Positions 14,975 through 29,688 of a stretch of 64,000 nucleotides of DNA are shown one piece after another (position 1 is the first letter of the stretch; every line of letters begins with the position of its first letter). Both the position numbers and the translations under genes were made by a program. Below the pieces are notes generated by a model. It was not told the origin of the DNA, made no database searches, and saw only the letters and a list, made by a program, of their open reading frames with translations. Origin of the DNA: the human T2T-CHM13v2.0 reference genome, Homo sapiens. The DNA lies in the NCBI RefSeq assembly GCF_009914755.1, contig NC_060940.1; one strand, given 5' to 3'.

Positions 14975-16199
14975 TAGTAATTATGAATGGCACATTTTAG
15001 CTATTCTAAGTAGGGATGAGAAAGTGAACTCTGCCATTCAGAAAAATAGAATAAAAACATCTTTCTGGGAGGATGTATTGTTGAATTGTTATGTTCCATT
15101 CTTTTTGCCTATCAGGAAATATTTATTATGGCTGCTGTATGTAGTGTGCCAGGCACAATGGGATACTGTATTATGCAGCACAGGTTCAGTCCCTAACCTT
15201 GCTGCTAAAAATCAAGTAGAAGAGGTGAGAAAATAAACCAAACATTCCACTAACTGTACTAAGTGCTAACATAGGCGATGTAGATAGGTGTCTGGATTCG
15301 GATTTCTATGGAAGCTCTAACTTATCCAGTGGTGAGGAAGGTGAGAAGTCAAGAAAGTTTCCAAGAGGAAATAAATTTCAATGGACAGAACTAGTAATCC
15401 CAATTGGCCTCCATAAAGACACTTTCCAGCAAAAGGAGATAATAGCCTCCCACATTTGGATTCCCAGATTTCAGCCCCAATGGCACTTGAGTTGTCAGAC
15501 TCAAAGAAGTAAGACATAGTGTGTTTTCCTCAACCTCTCTCCACCTCCTACTTGAGCCCATTCCTAATCTATCGGTCTCTACTTATAAATATCTACTAAA
15601 CTTCCAGCAGCTCTGCATGGCTGCCTTTAATGTTGACACAGAGAACAAGAGGGTGATGTTTCTTGGAGCTTCCCAAACTACAAAAAACCTGCTAACACTT
15701 GAAAACCACAACCCTGACAAACACATCATAGTCTGGGAGTTCCAGCACTGAGCCAATTTTATGCATGCATTTATTTGTTTGTCTAAAGGGAAGGACTTTC
15801 TTCAACCACTAAAAGAGTTCCTCAAAATTCCCTAGTTCCCAATGCAGGCAGACATGAATAATGTATTTAAGGCTGCTTTTTTTTTCATTCCTTGTCTTCC
15901 AGCAGCCCTCAGGGGCTGCCATATTGAGTTTCAGCACTCACAATCCTGGTCGCAAGGAAGAACATGCCTAGAATCATGCATTGAGTGGCCAAACGCACCC
16001 CAGGGCCTCCAGTTTTATCCCCTTAACAAGGGACTTGAAGAGTCTGCTGAACAACCAGCTGACGCTAACTGACCTCACAGGAGGCTCATAACAGGAATGT
16101 TATCTGTCAGGAACTGGTTTTCTTAAAACTGATTTTACCTAGCAAGCAAAGAATCACTCATTTTTAAAAAAAGGGAACATCCTGAGGTTGTAAGAAAGA

Positions 16200-16320
16200 C
16201 AGTTATGGCTTCAGATTCAGCTCTTGGATTTGCTTGCTATGTGATATTGGGTAAGTCACTTAACCTTTCCGAGCCTCAGTTTACTCATCTGTTCAATGGG
16301 AAACATTGCTTTCTTGTAAG
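16200..16320. mobile_element. MIR
   Basis: ggtaagtcacttaacctttccgagcctcagtttactcatctg core. Confidence 0.75.
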
Positions 16321-16561
16321 CGTATTATTTTAAAAATAAGTCTTATATTTGCCAAAACAATGTGTACACATTGCTTTATTAAAAAATCAAAGAGTGTTGA
16401 AAGTCTTAATAAAAGTCTTTTAATAAAAAAAAAAAATTCAACTCTCATCACCCCTGAATCTTACTCCCTGGGGTAGCTGCTCCCAACTCCTCTGGCTGAT
16501 TATTTTAATATTCTACAGATTTAAATACTGCAGATTTCTCCATTCTTAGATCCCTCCACCA

Positions 16562-16563
<2 letters not shown>

Positions 16564-16602
<39 letters not shown>
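16564..16602. repeat. T39 homopolymer
   Basis: Directly visible. Confidence 0.95.
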
Positions 16603-16604
<2 letters not shown>

Positions 16605-18648
16605 GTTGCTTGTTTGGGTCTCTCTCTTCTGCATTGGAAATCCTCCCCATGGTCTGGTCAGCTTGAAGATCAGGACTCTAAGAAGCCATTTGTGAGTTCC
16701 ATGCACATGGGGTCTGGACTGTTGACTGATGAAATTCCTTGTAGGATGATGAGGCAGTGAGTCAGCCTATTCATTGGGAGCTACCATATTTCAGGATCTT
16801 GACGTCTTTTCTCAGGGATATGTCAGTTTCTCCAGATAAAAATCCTCTAAACATTTGGATGAGAAGAGAGAAGGGCTGAAAGGCTCAAGTCTTGACTCAT
16901 TTCTCTTCCCACTGTCTACTGTCTCTGTTGACCCCTTAAGTCCTGAGTCTTTTTGGTTTATTACCCACAGAAATCCCATTTCTGTGTGGTGGGGGTGAGA
17001 GGAGAGAAGGGAGGTAGTTGTCTGACTGTGTCAGGGGAGGGATAGGCCCCTGGGAGCCACGAGCTCTGCACACGTTGCTAGATCCCACCTGCTCTCATCT
17101 TGCGTATACCTGGGTGCCTTAACATGCCTGGAATCTAACTCTTTATTCTGTGACGTCACTTGTCACTACTTCTCTCCTTTCCACTTTCCTCTCTCCCCTT
17201 CTTGCTTTATTCCTTTCTTTCTTCCCTTCTCCCTCACTTCCTTCCCTTGCTCCTTTCTTCCTTTCTTCCTGCTACCTTTTCAATGGAGGGAAATGAGATA
17301 AACTCAACATGACTCTCAGCTTTTCACCCCTTACTTTATAAACAGAAGTTCTGTTGGAAGGCCTAATTGAGAGGAAGGATGAGGAATCTCTTGCTGAACA
17401 TCTGGCATAATATTTATATGCTCAGTTACACTTATTTCTGCATCATGCCTCTCAGCATCACCTTGGACATTCCCTGACATGCCCAAAGGAAAGAACGTGT
17501 GGCCTGAGACATAAGATTTTTAGGAAATTCCTAGAGCTCAGGGTGCATCCTCCAAGAGAGGGTGGGAGGGAGGGAGGGCTCTGAAATGCCCTCTTTCTCC
17601 AGGTCAGTCAATTAATTCAATTAATCCTCAAGACAACTTCATTAGGCAGTTGCTATGATGATCATTTCCATTTTATGCCCTTGGTCTTCATATCTATGCA
17701 CTGTATTACCATGGCCTAGGACAGTCACTCATTTGGGGAAGAAAAAGGTGAGAAATAGCCCTTGACCTTCTGCCTGTCAACAGAGTTTAAAAAATACAAC
17801 CATCTTTCCCTGTGGAAGCCTTCCCACCAGAACCTACACATACATAGAATTATCCTAGCGTGATCTCAGACACAGACACACACACACGCCTGCGTGCTCC
17901 AGAAAGTGGTAACTAATAAGTGAAACCAAGGTTCCGAGGTCTCCTGGTGCCTGAGCTCCCCTGCAGGGCTCCCAATCAATACAAGGTTTGCTGTCTGCAA
18001 CTTGGCTGATTTACTAAGATTACAAATGAAAACCAGCCCCCAGAGGGTGCAGCGTTGCTGTAGCACAGAAGGAAAGCGTAATTCTTGCTTACACTCGGCT
18101 TTGTGATCGGTTTCTCCCCTGGTAGCTAGTCTTGTAACTTCTTTTTAGAGATGTCAATCTTATAAAAAACACACACACACAGCCCCAGACTTCTGCAGAT
18201 CAAGACTTTCTCATCTCACTGGGGTGTTCTCTCCCCGCTAACCACAGGATACTCTGTTTCTCTGTGGCTGTTTCAAATGGAACAGCTCTTTTGGTAGTTT
18301 AAAAAATGTATATTGAATAGTGATAATAATAACTATCATTATTATTGTGCTTATTGTTATCATTTCTAGTTCCTGTGTCTAATTCTGTGTCAGATGTTGT
18401 GCAAGACACCATGTAGCCAATATCTCTACACCTTCCCCAACCCACACAGTTTATGTATAAGTATCATTTCCTGACAAATAAGGAAACTGGGGCTCAGAGA
18501 TGGTAAACAACATCCTCAAGGTCACACAGCCAGTTAAGAGGGATTCAAACCCAGTTACCCTATTGACTGTGGTAGCTCTAGAACCTTCATTCCTAACACT
18601 AAGAAAGGATTTCAAATACAGGGTGACTGCCTTAAAAACCAGGCTGTC

Positions 18649-19164
<516 letters not shown>

Positions 19165-20757
19165 TCACATTTTCCATCTATAATATGAGCCATTGTCAGA
19201 GTTCTCCTTCCATGGGTCCACTTTATGCTCCAATGACCTCATAGCTCCCCAGATGTACAATGTAGGGGGCAAGAAAGCCTGGCTCTCTCCTTAAACTAAG
19301 GTTCGTTAGAAGATCCAAAAATAAAACTTTTAGGCCAGCTCAGGAGGTGAGGACTAGGCTATCTTGTCCCCCGCCCCACTAGAGGGAACACACTGGTGAT
19401 CTACTTTGAAAATCAGGCAACTGGCTCCTGTAAGTGGCAGGTTTTGTAAGACATGCCTCAGCAAATCCATCTAATTCATCTGAGAATGCTCTTAGCTTCA
19501 AGTAATGGAATGGCCAACAAATACGTCCCTCCTTCCTCATAACCAGAAGGCTGCTGACCTTAGTTCAGTGGTCTAATGGCCTGAGGCCAGCATCTCTGTG
19601 ATTCTCATGGCTTTCTCCTCATGGTCTGCTCTCGTTCCAGGCATCATGTCCAGAACCTGGGTAACATAAAACAGGAAATACATATGTGTGTGCCTGTGTG
19701 GATGTGTGTGATAATATATAGAGTGATGAATTCAGGGAGTATACCAGATATAGCTGTCCTTTTTTGTTTAACCAAGAAACCAAAAACTTCTGGAAACCTC
19801 TCCCAGCAAACTGTTATCATATTCTTGGCCATATCTATGTCATATAACTACTCTTAGCTCCCAAGAAATCTGGGAAATCAGGAGTTATAGTTAGGTACAT
19901 TTCTACCCTGAATAAAATGGGATTTTTTTAATAAAAAAGAAGAGTAAATCAATGTCAGGTAAACATCCTCTGAATGATCAGTGCAAATCTGTTTGGGCAC
20001 CCTGAATTCCAGTTGTCTCCAAGCATCTCAGGTGCTCCATAAGGACTTCTTCCTATCAGGATAAACCCCCAATTTTCCCTCAGGAGTTCTCAAATATCAA
20101 TAATGGTGAAGGATAGCTGAGGTACGCATGAATTATTCATCAAGGTTTTTACTCTTTGATTTTTCTATAGGAGTTGATATACAATGTATCTTTGTTAATA
20201 ACTAGAATCTGATTTGTGCATCTGATGGTTTAAATATTCTGCCTTAGGACATACCAATCACCCAGCATGTAAATGGAGTTCAGCCATATCCTAGTGGGAT
20301 TAGAGGTAGAGAAACAGCCACATCTCAAGGAGCCCCTCACATACATGTTGATTCTAATTCAGTGTCTGCCTTTCACTCTTTGTCCGCCTGGACCCGTGTA
20401 ACAGGTCTGCTGGAAATCCTTCATCCCAAATACTCAGCCAGTGTTGAACCCAGAACTCTTGCTAAAGTAAACAAGGAAAATATGGAAGGGGATTTTTTAA
20501 ATAATCTTGGCATCCAACAGGCTGGGGTTGGAATCTTGGCTCTGTTGCTTAATTACTTTTTGACACTAGTCAGTTTATCTGACCTCTCAAGACCTCAGTT
20601 TCCCCAAATGAGCAGTAAGAACATCAATATTTACTTCAAAGAGTGATTTTCCAAGTTAGATAACATTTTTAACATATCTAGCATGGTCCCTGGCACATGA
20701 TAGACATTAACGAAACATTATTCCTATTAGCATCCTTTTAAGAAAGCAGAGTTGAAA

Positions 20758-21580
<823 letters not shown>

Positions 21581-21699
21581 GTCTCTGCTTTCTATTTATC
21601 AGTTCCTTAATTATGGGGAATCTGGTCATTGATCTTTCTGTCTGCTTTATGCTGAGAAGGGGTGATGAGAATTTAGAAGGGGCTAAGAGCCGACCTACT

Positions 21700-21805
21700 G
21701 ACTTACTTCTGGGGGCTATTTGTATGTTCAGCAGGGCAAGAGGCAAGACCTTTTCCCAGGTAAGATTTGTCTCTTGGCAAATTTTAGAAAGAAGTTTACA
21801 AAACT
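21700..21805 (-). pseudogene. Retroviral integrase remnant (pol fragment)
   Basis: ORF 21531..21836 encodes KLLSKICQETNLTWEKVLPLALLNIQIAPRSK, resembling the gammaretroviral IN core C-terminal W..LLPLALL.IR..PR motif. Confidence 0.75.
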
Positions 21806-22212
21806 GCTTATGACTCAAAGGAATTTCCTTTGCCATTTAAGAGATCACACTCTAGCCTGGGAGTCCCAGCTTCCAAGGCTCCGAAGCTGAGCTGCATCTT
21901 CAGCACTGGCCTAAATGGGTGATCTCTTTTGAAGATCTGTGTAAGGACACCTACAACCACCAAAAAATAACATTATAACTAATCTTAGCCCTTAAAAATC
22001 AGTCCTTACATTCTGATGTGCCCACCTCTTCTGCAATTGTCTCTAGGCCTGGAGGGATTGAATAGTTTTTATTTCTGGCCCTGTGTCTCATGAAATCAGT
22101 TCATTTTGACGGTCACCTTCTCCTGGTCTGAAAATGGGGCTTTGATTGGTATCAATGTTCAAGATTTAGCAGTAGTCAGTGCCTTTTTCAGGAGTCAAAG
22201 TCCTGTAACTTA

Positions 22213-22543
<331 letters not shown>

Positions 22544-23493
22544 AAGTAATTTAGAAAGTTACATGGATACAAAACCTTAAATCTTAGTTTTTTTAAGCAA
22601 TTTGAAAAAAACAAAACTAAGAATGATGACATAGGAATTATCTAGGTAAAACATAAAAACTGGCCTAACCAGTTACCAAAAGGCAAAGAAAGACCTTCTG
22701 CAGTGTGATTGCTTCTCCTTATGAAAAGCCTACTTAGATAACCTGAAAGTCAAATCCAATGAACACTTTAGACATATCAAGAAAATCCAAATGTACAGAA
22801 TCAAATTATACTGGGGGAAAACATTATGGTTCTAGACCCTCAAGATAAACATTTCAGCGTCAGGCAGTTAGACAGCAGCAGGTAGAACCAGAGGTAAAAA
22901 GTTACAGTAGCTGACAAAAAAGTTGAAGGAGAAAGTTATCATCTCAGTCCTTTTCAAGTGGAGGAAAAAATTGAAAGCCACTAGTAAGACATAATGAAAT
23001 TACACTTCTGAGGTGGGAATGTGAGAAGTTTTCAAAAAGAAACAGATTATAGAATCAAAATCAAAATCTCTTGTCAAATCAGTCTCTTGTCAAATCCCCT
23101 TGTTCTAACATAGAGGACCAATCTTAACTTTTTCATATCTCTCTCCTCTATGTACTGGTTCCTTTCTACCTTGTTTATAAATAACCTTTCTAAGTCCATG
23201 ATTTTAATGAAACTTTAGGTAACTTCTGAATTTTCGACAAAACTATTCTTTTTTCTCAATAAGAGCACATCTTCTTTGGCACATTTTACAGACAGAATTA
23301 TTATCTATTAACTAGAGTTCTTATTCTTAGTAACCTTGAATTCCAGTAAAAACCTGAAAAACAAAAAAATTCTGAACTATCAGATATTAGCATTTTCTAG
23401 ATGAGAACATATCACAATTTTTAAAAACATATTTTCCCATATCATAACCCTTTCTTAATCAATCAGAAATGCCTCCCAACCCATGAGCATCAT

Positions 23494-23906
23494 TTTTTTT
23501 TTTTAATTTTAAGTTCTGGGATACATGTGCTGAAAGTACAGTTTTGTTACATGGGTATACATGTGCCATGGTGGTTTGCTGCACCTATCAACCCGTCATC
23601 TAGATTTTAAGCCCCACATGCATTAAGTATTTGTCTTAATGCTCTCCCTCCCCTTTTCCCCCACCCCCGACAGGCTCCGGTGTGTGATGTTCCCCTCCCT
23701 GTGTCCATGTGTTCTCATTGCTCAACTCCCACTTATGAGTGAGAACATGTGGTGTTGGTTTTCTGTTCCTGTGTTAGTTTGCTGAGAATGATGGTTTCCA
23801 GCTTCATCCATGTTCCTGCAAAGGACATGAACTCATTCTTTTTTATGGCTGCATAGTATTCCATAGTGTATATGTGCCACATTTTCTTTGTCCAGTCTAT
23901 CACTGA
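23494..23906 (-). mobile_element. L1PA 3' end (5'-truncated)
   Basis: ttttaagttctgggatacatgtgc...; ORF 23733..23960 encodes the L1 ORF2 C-terminus WTKKMWHIYTMEYYAAIKKNEFMSFAGTWMKLETIILSKL. Confidence 0.95.
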
Positions 23907-24152
23907 TATTTGCTGGAATGTGTGAAGCCATTCCTGCTGTCTGGTACCCACGGAAGACATTCACTCATCCACACCCAGATGTCAAATTTCAAAGGCTCTT
24001 CTTCCTTAGCGATTAGTAACACAGTTGGAGCAGGCAGTGGTGGAGCCAAAGAGAGAGACTAAAACCCACCTCTGACCAAAAATGGTCAAGCAGCTGCTTA
24101 GAAGTGCTTCCAAAACACTTCTAGCCCCTGCAGCTGAGCCACAAACAACACG

Positions 24153-24170
24153 TTCCCAGTTGGGCAACCA
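24153..24170 (-). promoter_or_regulatory. Degenerate retroviral primer-binding site (tRNA-Glu-like)
   Basis: Minus strand TGGTTGCCCAACTGGGAA, 5 nt after the LTR end; 14/18 match to recalled PBS-Glu TGGTTCCCTGACCGGGAA. Confidence 0.55.
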
Positions 24171-24175
24171 AAATC

Positions 24176-25006
24176 TGTTACCAAAATGCCAGGAGTACCA
24201 TCTAGGTTCTGTTGCTCACCGTACAGAAAGTCAATTACTGAGACAACAGATATTGCCAAGGAAGAAGGCTTTAATTGGGTGCTACAGCCAAGAAATAAGA
24301 GGTAAGTCTCAAATCCATCTCCCCAACCAACTAAAATTACAGGTTTATATAGCAGGGAAGAAATGTAACTACATGTGGGAAAATAGGAATTAGGGAGTGG
24401 TAAGGAAGAGAAGCTGGTTAACAGGCAGCAGGGGTTCGGTTAGGAAAACAAGAATTGGGGAGGGGTAAAAAAGCAATCATTGGCTGGGTGAGGTGGCTCA
24501 TGTCTGTAATCCCAGCACTTTGGGAGGCCAAGGCAGGCAGATTACTTGAGGCCAGGAGTTCAAGATCACCTTGGCCAACATGGTGAAAACCCGTCTCTAC
24601 TACAAATACAAAAATTAGCCAGATGTTGTGCCTCAGCTACTCAGGAGGCTGAGGCACGAGAATTGCTTGAACCTAGGAGGCAGAGATTGCAGTGAGCTAA
24701 GATCACGCCACTGTACTCCAGCCTGGGAAACATAACTAGACTCTGTCTCAAAAAAAAAAAAAAAAAAAAAAAAAGAAAGCAATCATGATGAAGAGTCTAG
24801 CATCTCATTGTCCATATATAGTGATCTGGTAAGCCTCAGTTCCTTGATACTATCTGTGAGGGATGACAGCTGGTTTCCTGAGAAACGAACTCAGATAGGA
24901 CAAATGTAAGTTTCAAGCTTTAAGACTGGGAGGGTCAATGTCCATGTTTATATATTAAAAAAAAAACTATAACATCAATTCTCTAAGACAAATTGGTCAG
25001 GTTTCA
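24176..25006 (-). mobile_element. ERV1 MER66-like LTR; 5' LTR of decayed provirus, interrupted by Alu
   Basis: TGTTACCAAAATGCC...GGTCAGGTTTCA termini; homologous to the other three copies. Confidence 0.85.
24482..24775 (+). mobile_element. Alu inside LTR (small internal deletion)
   Basis: Dimer; TSD AAAGCAATCAT. Confidence 0.95.
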
Positions 25007-26084
25007 GAGGGAGATTAAGACATTGAACTCTATTTTTTTCTTTTTCTTTTTTATAGAAAATCTGGCAAACCCAAGACTCAAATTTCAGGGAAATAAAAAG
25101 GTCTTCGGAATTCACTATAACTCAAGTTCAAATCCCTTCTCTTCCATTTGGTAGCTGTGGTAACCTTGGCTAATTTATTTAAACTCTTTGAGTTTCTGTC
25201 TCTTTGTATGTAAAACAGGGGGAAATAATACCTGCCTTATTTAGTTGACTATTCATTCCACAAACACACACAAGTGCCTACTATGTGATAGACACAGGGA
25301 TACAAATATTAACAAGACAGACATAGTTTTTTGTTTTTTTTTTTTCTTTGCTTTTGAAATTTAAAGTCTAGTGGATGAATGTTCGGAGTAACTTTAAGCA
25401 CTTCCAATTTACAGAAAGTCTACTAGGTGCCGGATCCTTTATTTCGATATTCACAGCTTCCCTAAAGGTATGTGGAACATCATCCATTTCACAGGTGAAG
25501 AAACTGAGTTTGGAGAATTTAAAGAAATCACCCAAGAGCACACAATGAATGGCCATGTCAAAATTTGCACTGGGGACCACGGGACAACAAAGCCTTTGAT
25601 AATGCTGATCTGGATGAAGCACTGGGCACAATAATGGGTGCATGGAAAACGCAATCTAATTAAATGTGCTTCAGAGAATTGATACTGCATTATCACTGGA
25701 ATCTTTGGCTAAACTTGCTAAACTTTGGCAAGTTTAGCCAAAGACTCCAACAATATCATGACAATAGCACTCACCTCCTCCTGCCTTACAGACATAGGTG
25801 CACACAGAGATTTGCTTTCATCGGTCTTACAGATGAGTTGCAGAATAGTCATGTAACAGAATCAGGCATTATGTAATAGCAGAACAAACACAAATAGCCC
25901 ATGAGACCAGCAGCTTGGCATAAATTACTAGGAGCCATGAAAGGCACAGCTGTATCTAAAGCATATGATTACACAGATGCACCCATACACAGAGAACCTA
26001 TCAGGAATGCATGATGACTGTCTTTAGAGTTCCTTAAATTAGGCACACAAGAAAAATGAGTCTACACCCTGCCAAGACAATGAA

Positions 26085-26320
26085 TGATGGTAATAATAAC
26101 AATTACATTTATTGAACAATTAATATATATCAGACATGTTGCTAAGCAATTTACATTCATTGCCTCAGTTTCACTTTCAATAATCCTTTGGGTTGGATAC
26201 TATAATTATTTGTATTTTACAGTTGAAGAAACTGAGGCTCAGCTGTCCAAGTGATACATTTGATAATTGACAGAGCTGGGGTTTAAAAGAAGGTCCACCT
26301 GAGCACTATACTTTTAATGA
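26085..26320. mobile_element. MIR
   Basis: attttacagttgaagaaactgaggctcag core. Confidence 0.7.
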
Positions 26321-26659
26321 TATGTCATTACAAGCTTGAGCTTCACTTTTATGTGTGAGGACAGACAAGCCTCAATATTCCCCAAACCTGTCATCATTCA
26401 ATTCCCATCTCCCTACTATGCATCTTTTGCTCAGTTCTTTTCTCTGTCTCTGTCATCAATGGACATATCCCCGAAAAAGAGCAACATTCCTGTAATGTGA
26501 CCCTTGATCACGTGTTCCCAAAACATCTTCAAACTGTGCCTGGCCTTGTCCACATCTCTACACCTTTGAAGTCATTCCCTTACAGAGGAATCAGAGGCAT
26601 AGAGGGCTTCTAAAGACAAGACAAGACAAGACAAAACAAAAAACAGAAAAAACCCACCT

Positions 26660-26850
26660 TGGTTCAAATCTAGGCTTCCCTTCTCCCTGCTATGTAAATT
26701 GGAGCAAGTCACTTAACCTCTCTGAGCCCTAGTGTCTTTATCTGTACAATGAGGATACTAGTACATATTTCCTAGGAACTCTCATTAGAAATAAGTGAAA
26801 AATTTTATGCATGAAAATTTGAAAGATATGGATGTGCCTAACACACAATA
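26660..26850. mobile_element. MIR
   Basis: gagcaagtcacttaacctctctgagcc core. Confidence 0.7.
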
Positions 26851-27529
26851 AGCAAAATAACTGCTATTTTCCTTCTCTTAGTTTTGTATGGAGAACACAT
26901 ACTTATCTTTGAAAACTCAGATCAAAGCCTCCTCCTTTTCTCACACGTGGGTTTTGTCACTCCATCCTCTGTGCTCTGGGAACTCTGTGTCTCTAATCAG
27001 CACTTTTTACATTGATTTTTATCTGTTTACCAGACTATCTTTACTATTAGAAAGCGAGCTCCTCCAGGGAAAAGGCTTTGTCTTATTTCTCTGTGTATCC
27101 ACAGAGTCTACTGCTGTCCTACCACTGTGTAGAATAAACCATCGTTTGTCAATTGCTGCATTAAATTGCATTAACACTCACCCATAAAACCACCTGGAGG
27201 GGGTGTGTCTTGGAGAGCAGAGCTCACTGTTCTTTTGCTTGTGTTTTGTGTATTGTCTCACATCCAGCATAACAACATACAGTAAATCTGAGAGAAACCA
27301 AGAATAATTGAGCAATATAGCTTCCTTCTTTTGAGCTTCTACCCTATGCTATGCACTAGCTGTTTTACGTATATCATCTCTAATTCTCATAGTGATCTTG
27401 CAAGGTCATTGTGACTTGAATAAGAGGATGAGATATTAAATTATGTTTACAGTCAGTCTCCTCCCTACTCCCTGCCTGTAAAAGGGAAAAGATCTTGGTC
27501 CAGCTCATGAGATCTTCCTTACTAGAAAG

Positions 27530-28107
<578 letters not shown>

Positions 28108-29157
28108 AGCAGAATCCAAATAGTGCTAAAATGGAGGTGAAAATGAAGAAATAGAAATGTATTTGATCTATACGTAACAATTTTAAAAATGCAAAAGCAG
28201 GAAGAAAAGTGGGAAAACAGAAGAGCCTACCAGATTATATATGAAGCAGCATTTGGGGGCAGTACAGAGAAAGAGGCGAGAGTTTGCAAGGAAGCATTCC
28301 TAAGAATGTAAGAGACTGGAAGCAGGGAAATAGAGAAACTTTTCAAGAGATACATAGGACATCAGAAATGATTCTTTCCTTTGTCATTTTCTCAAGAGTT
28401 TGAAGAAAGCTTTGATTTGTTTTTAACATTTTCTGATGAAAATGAGACATTATATAAGACAGGGCCACATAGGGTCCTAGTTATGTGCAGATTACAGTTA
28501 TACAGATTCTCATACATAAGTTACATGTGGGTTACAGTTATAGAGATTCTCATGTATAAGTTCAACATTTGGGGTGGGTTATTGGTTTATGAAAATCTCT
28601 CTCTCTCTTTCCCTCTTTCCCCTTCCCTCCTCATTTCTGTCTCCATCTCTCTTTCTCCCTCCCTCCTCCCCGATATAACCAATTTATTTAGCTAAGGATA
28701 CAGAAACCTATTGAATGCGAGGTGGCCATATAAAACAAAGGCCACTGCAATGTGTCTCATTTTAGCTTCCCTTGGCCCCCAGTGTCTCTGAAAGGTACAC
28801 ATTTACATAAATGCAACAAATTTAGAGAGTCACATTTTTACCAGTATTCTTGATTTTTGCTTTTTTAATTAATTTTTTTAATTTTTGATTTTTGTATACT
28901 CAAGGTATGCATTAGAATTGCACAAAGACTTTCGCTGACAAGCTATGTATTTCTATTTAAAATAAGTTCTCCTGGTTCTCAAACCCATATTCGGTATTCA
29001 CAAGACCCATGTTCTTAACAGATGTAATGGGGGAAAAAGCACGTTCCATTCTTAAGTCAGTTCTTAGATGTCCCTGAAAAAAATATCTGCCCCTAGCACT
29101 CCAGAAAACTCATTTCCCTGCCAACAAAGCTTGCAACGTTATTATTAACCATCAAGA

Positions 29158-29688
29158 TGTTATCAAAATGCCAGGGGTTCAGTCTAGGTCCTGCTACTTG
29201 CCACACAGATAGCCAATCAATGAGATAACAAGTATTACCAGGGAAGAAGGCTTTAACTGGGTGCTGCAGCTGAGGAGATGGGTGATCAGTCTCAAATCCA
29301 TGTCCCCAGCTGACCAGAAGTGGGGGTTTATATAGCAGGGAAGGAATGTAGCTACGTATAAGAAAACAGGAATTAGGAATTAAGTAGCGGTAAGGAAGAG
29401 GAGTTTGTCAACAGGAAGCAGGTGGTTGATTAGGAAAACAGAAATTAGGGAGGGGTAAGGAAGCAATCATGATGAATGAAGTGTTTGGCCTCTCATTGTC
29501 CAGATACAGTGATCTGTTAATTTTCAATTCCTTGATACTATCTGGGAGACCTGATGGTCAGTTTCCTGAGAAAGGAACTCAGATAAGATAAATGTAAATT
29601 TTTCAAGTTTTAAGACTAGAGGGTCAATTTTTATAGTTATTCGAAAAACTGTAAACATTAGTTCTATGGGATGATTGGGCCAGTTTCA
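29158..29688 (-). mobile_element. ERV1 MER66-like solo LTR
   Basis: TG...CA termini (TGTTATC...GTTTCA) with exact 4-bp TSD AAGA at 29154-29157 and 29689-29692. Confidence 0.9.

Noticed and set aside
15959-15985. p53 half-site GAACATGCCT
   Set aside because: No adjacent matching second half-site
23733-23960. ORF with real protein similarity
   Set aside because: It is the L1 ORF2 C-terminus of a truncated L1PA, not a gene
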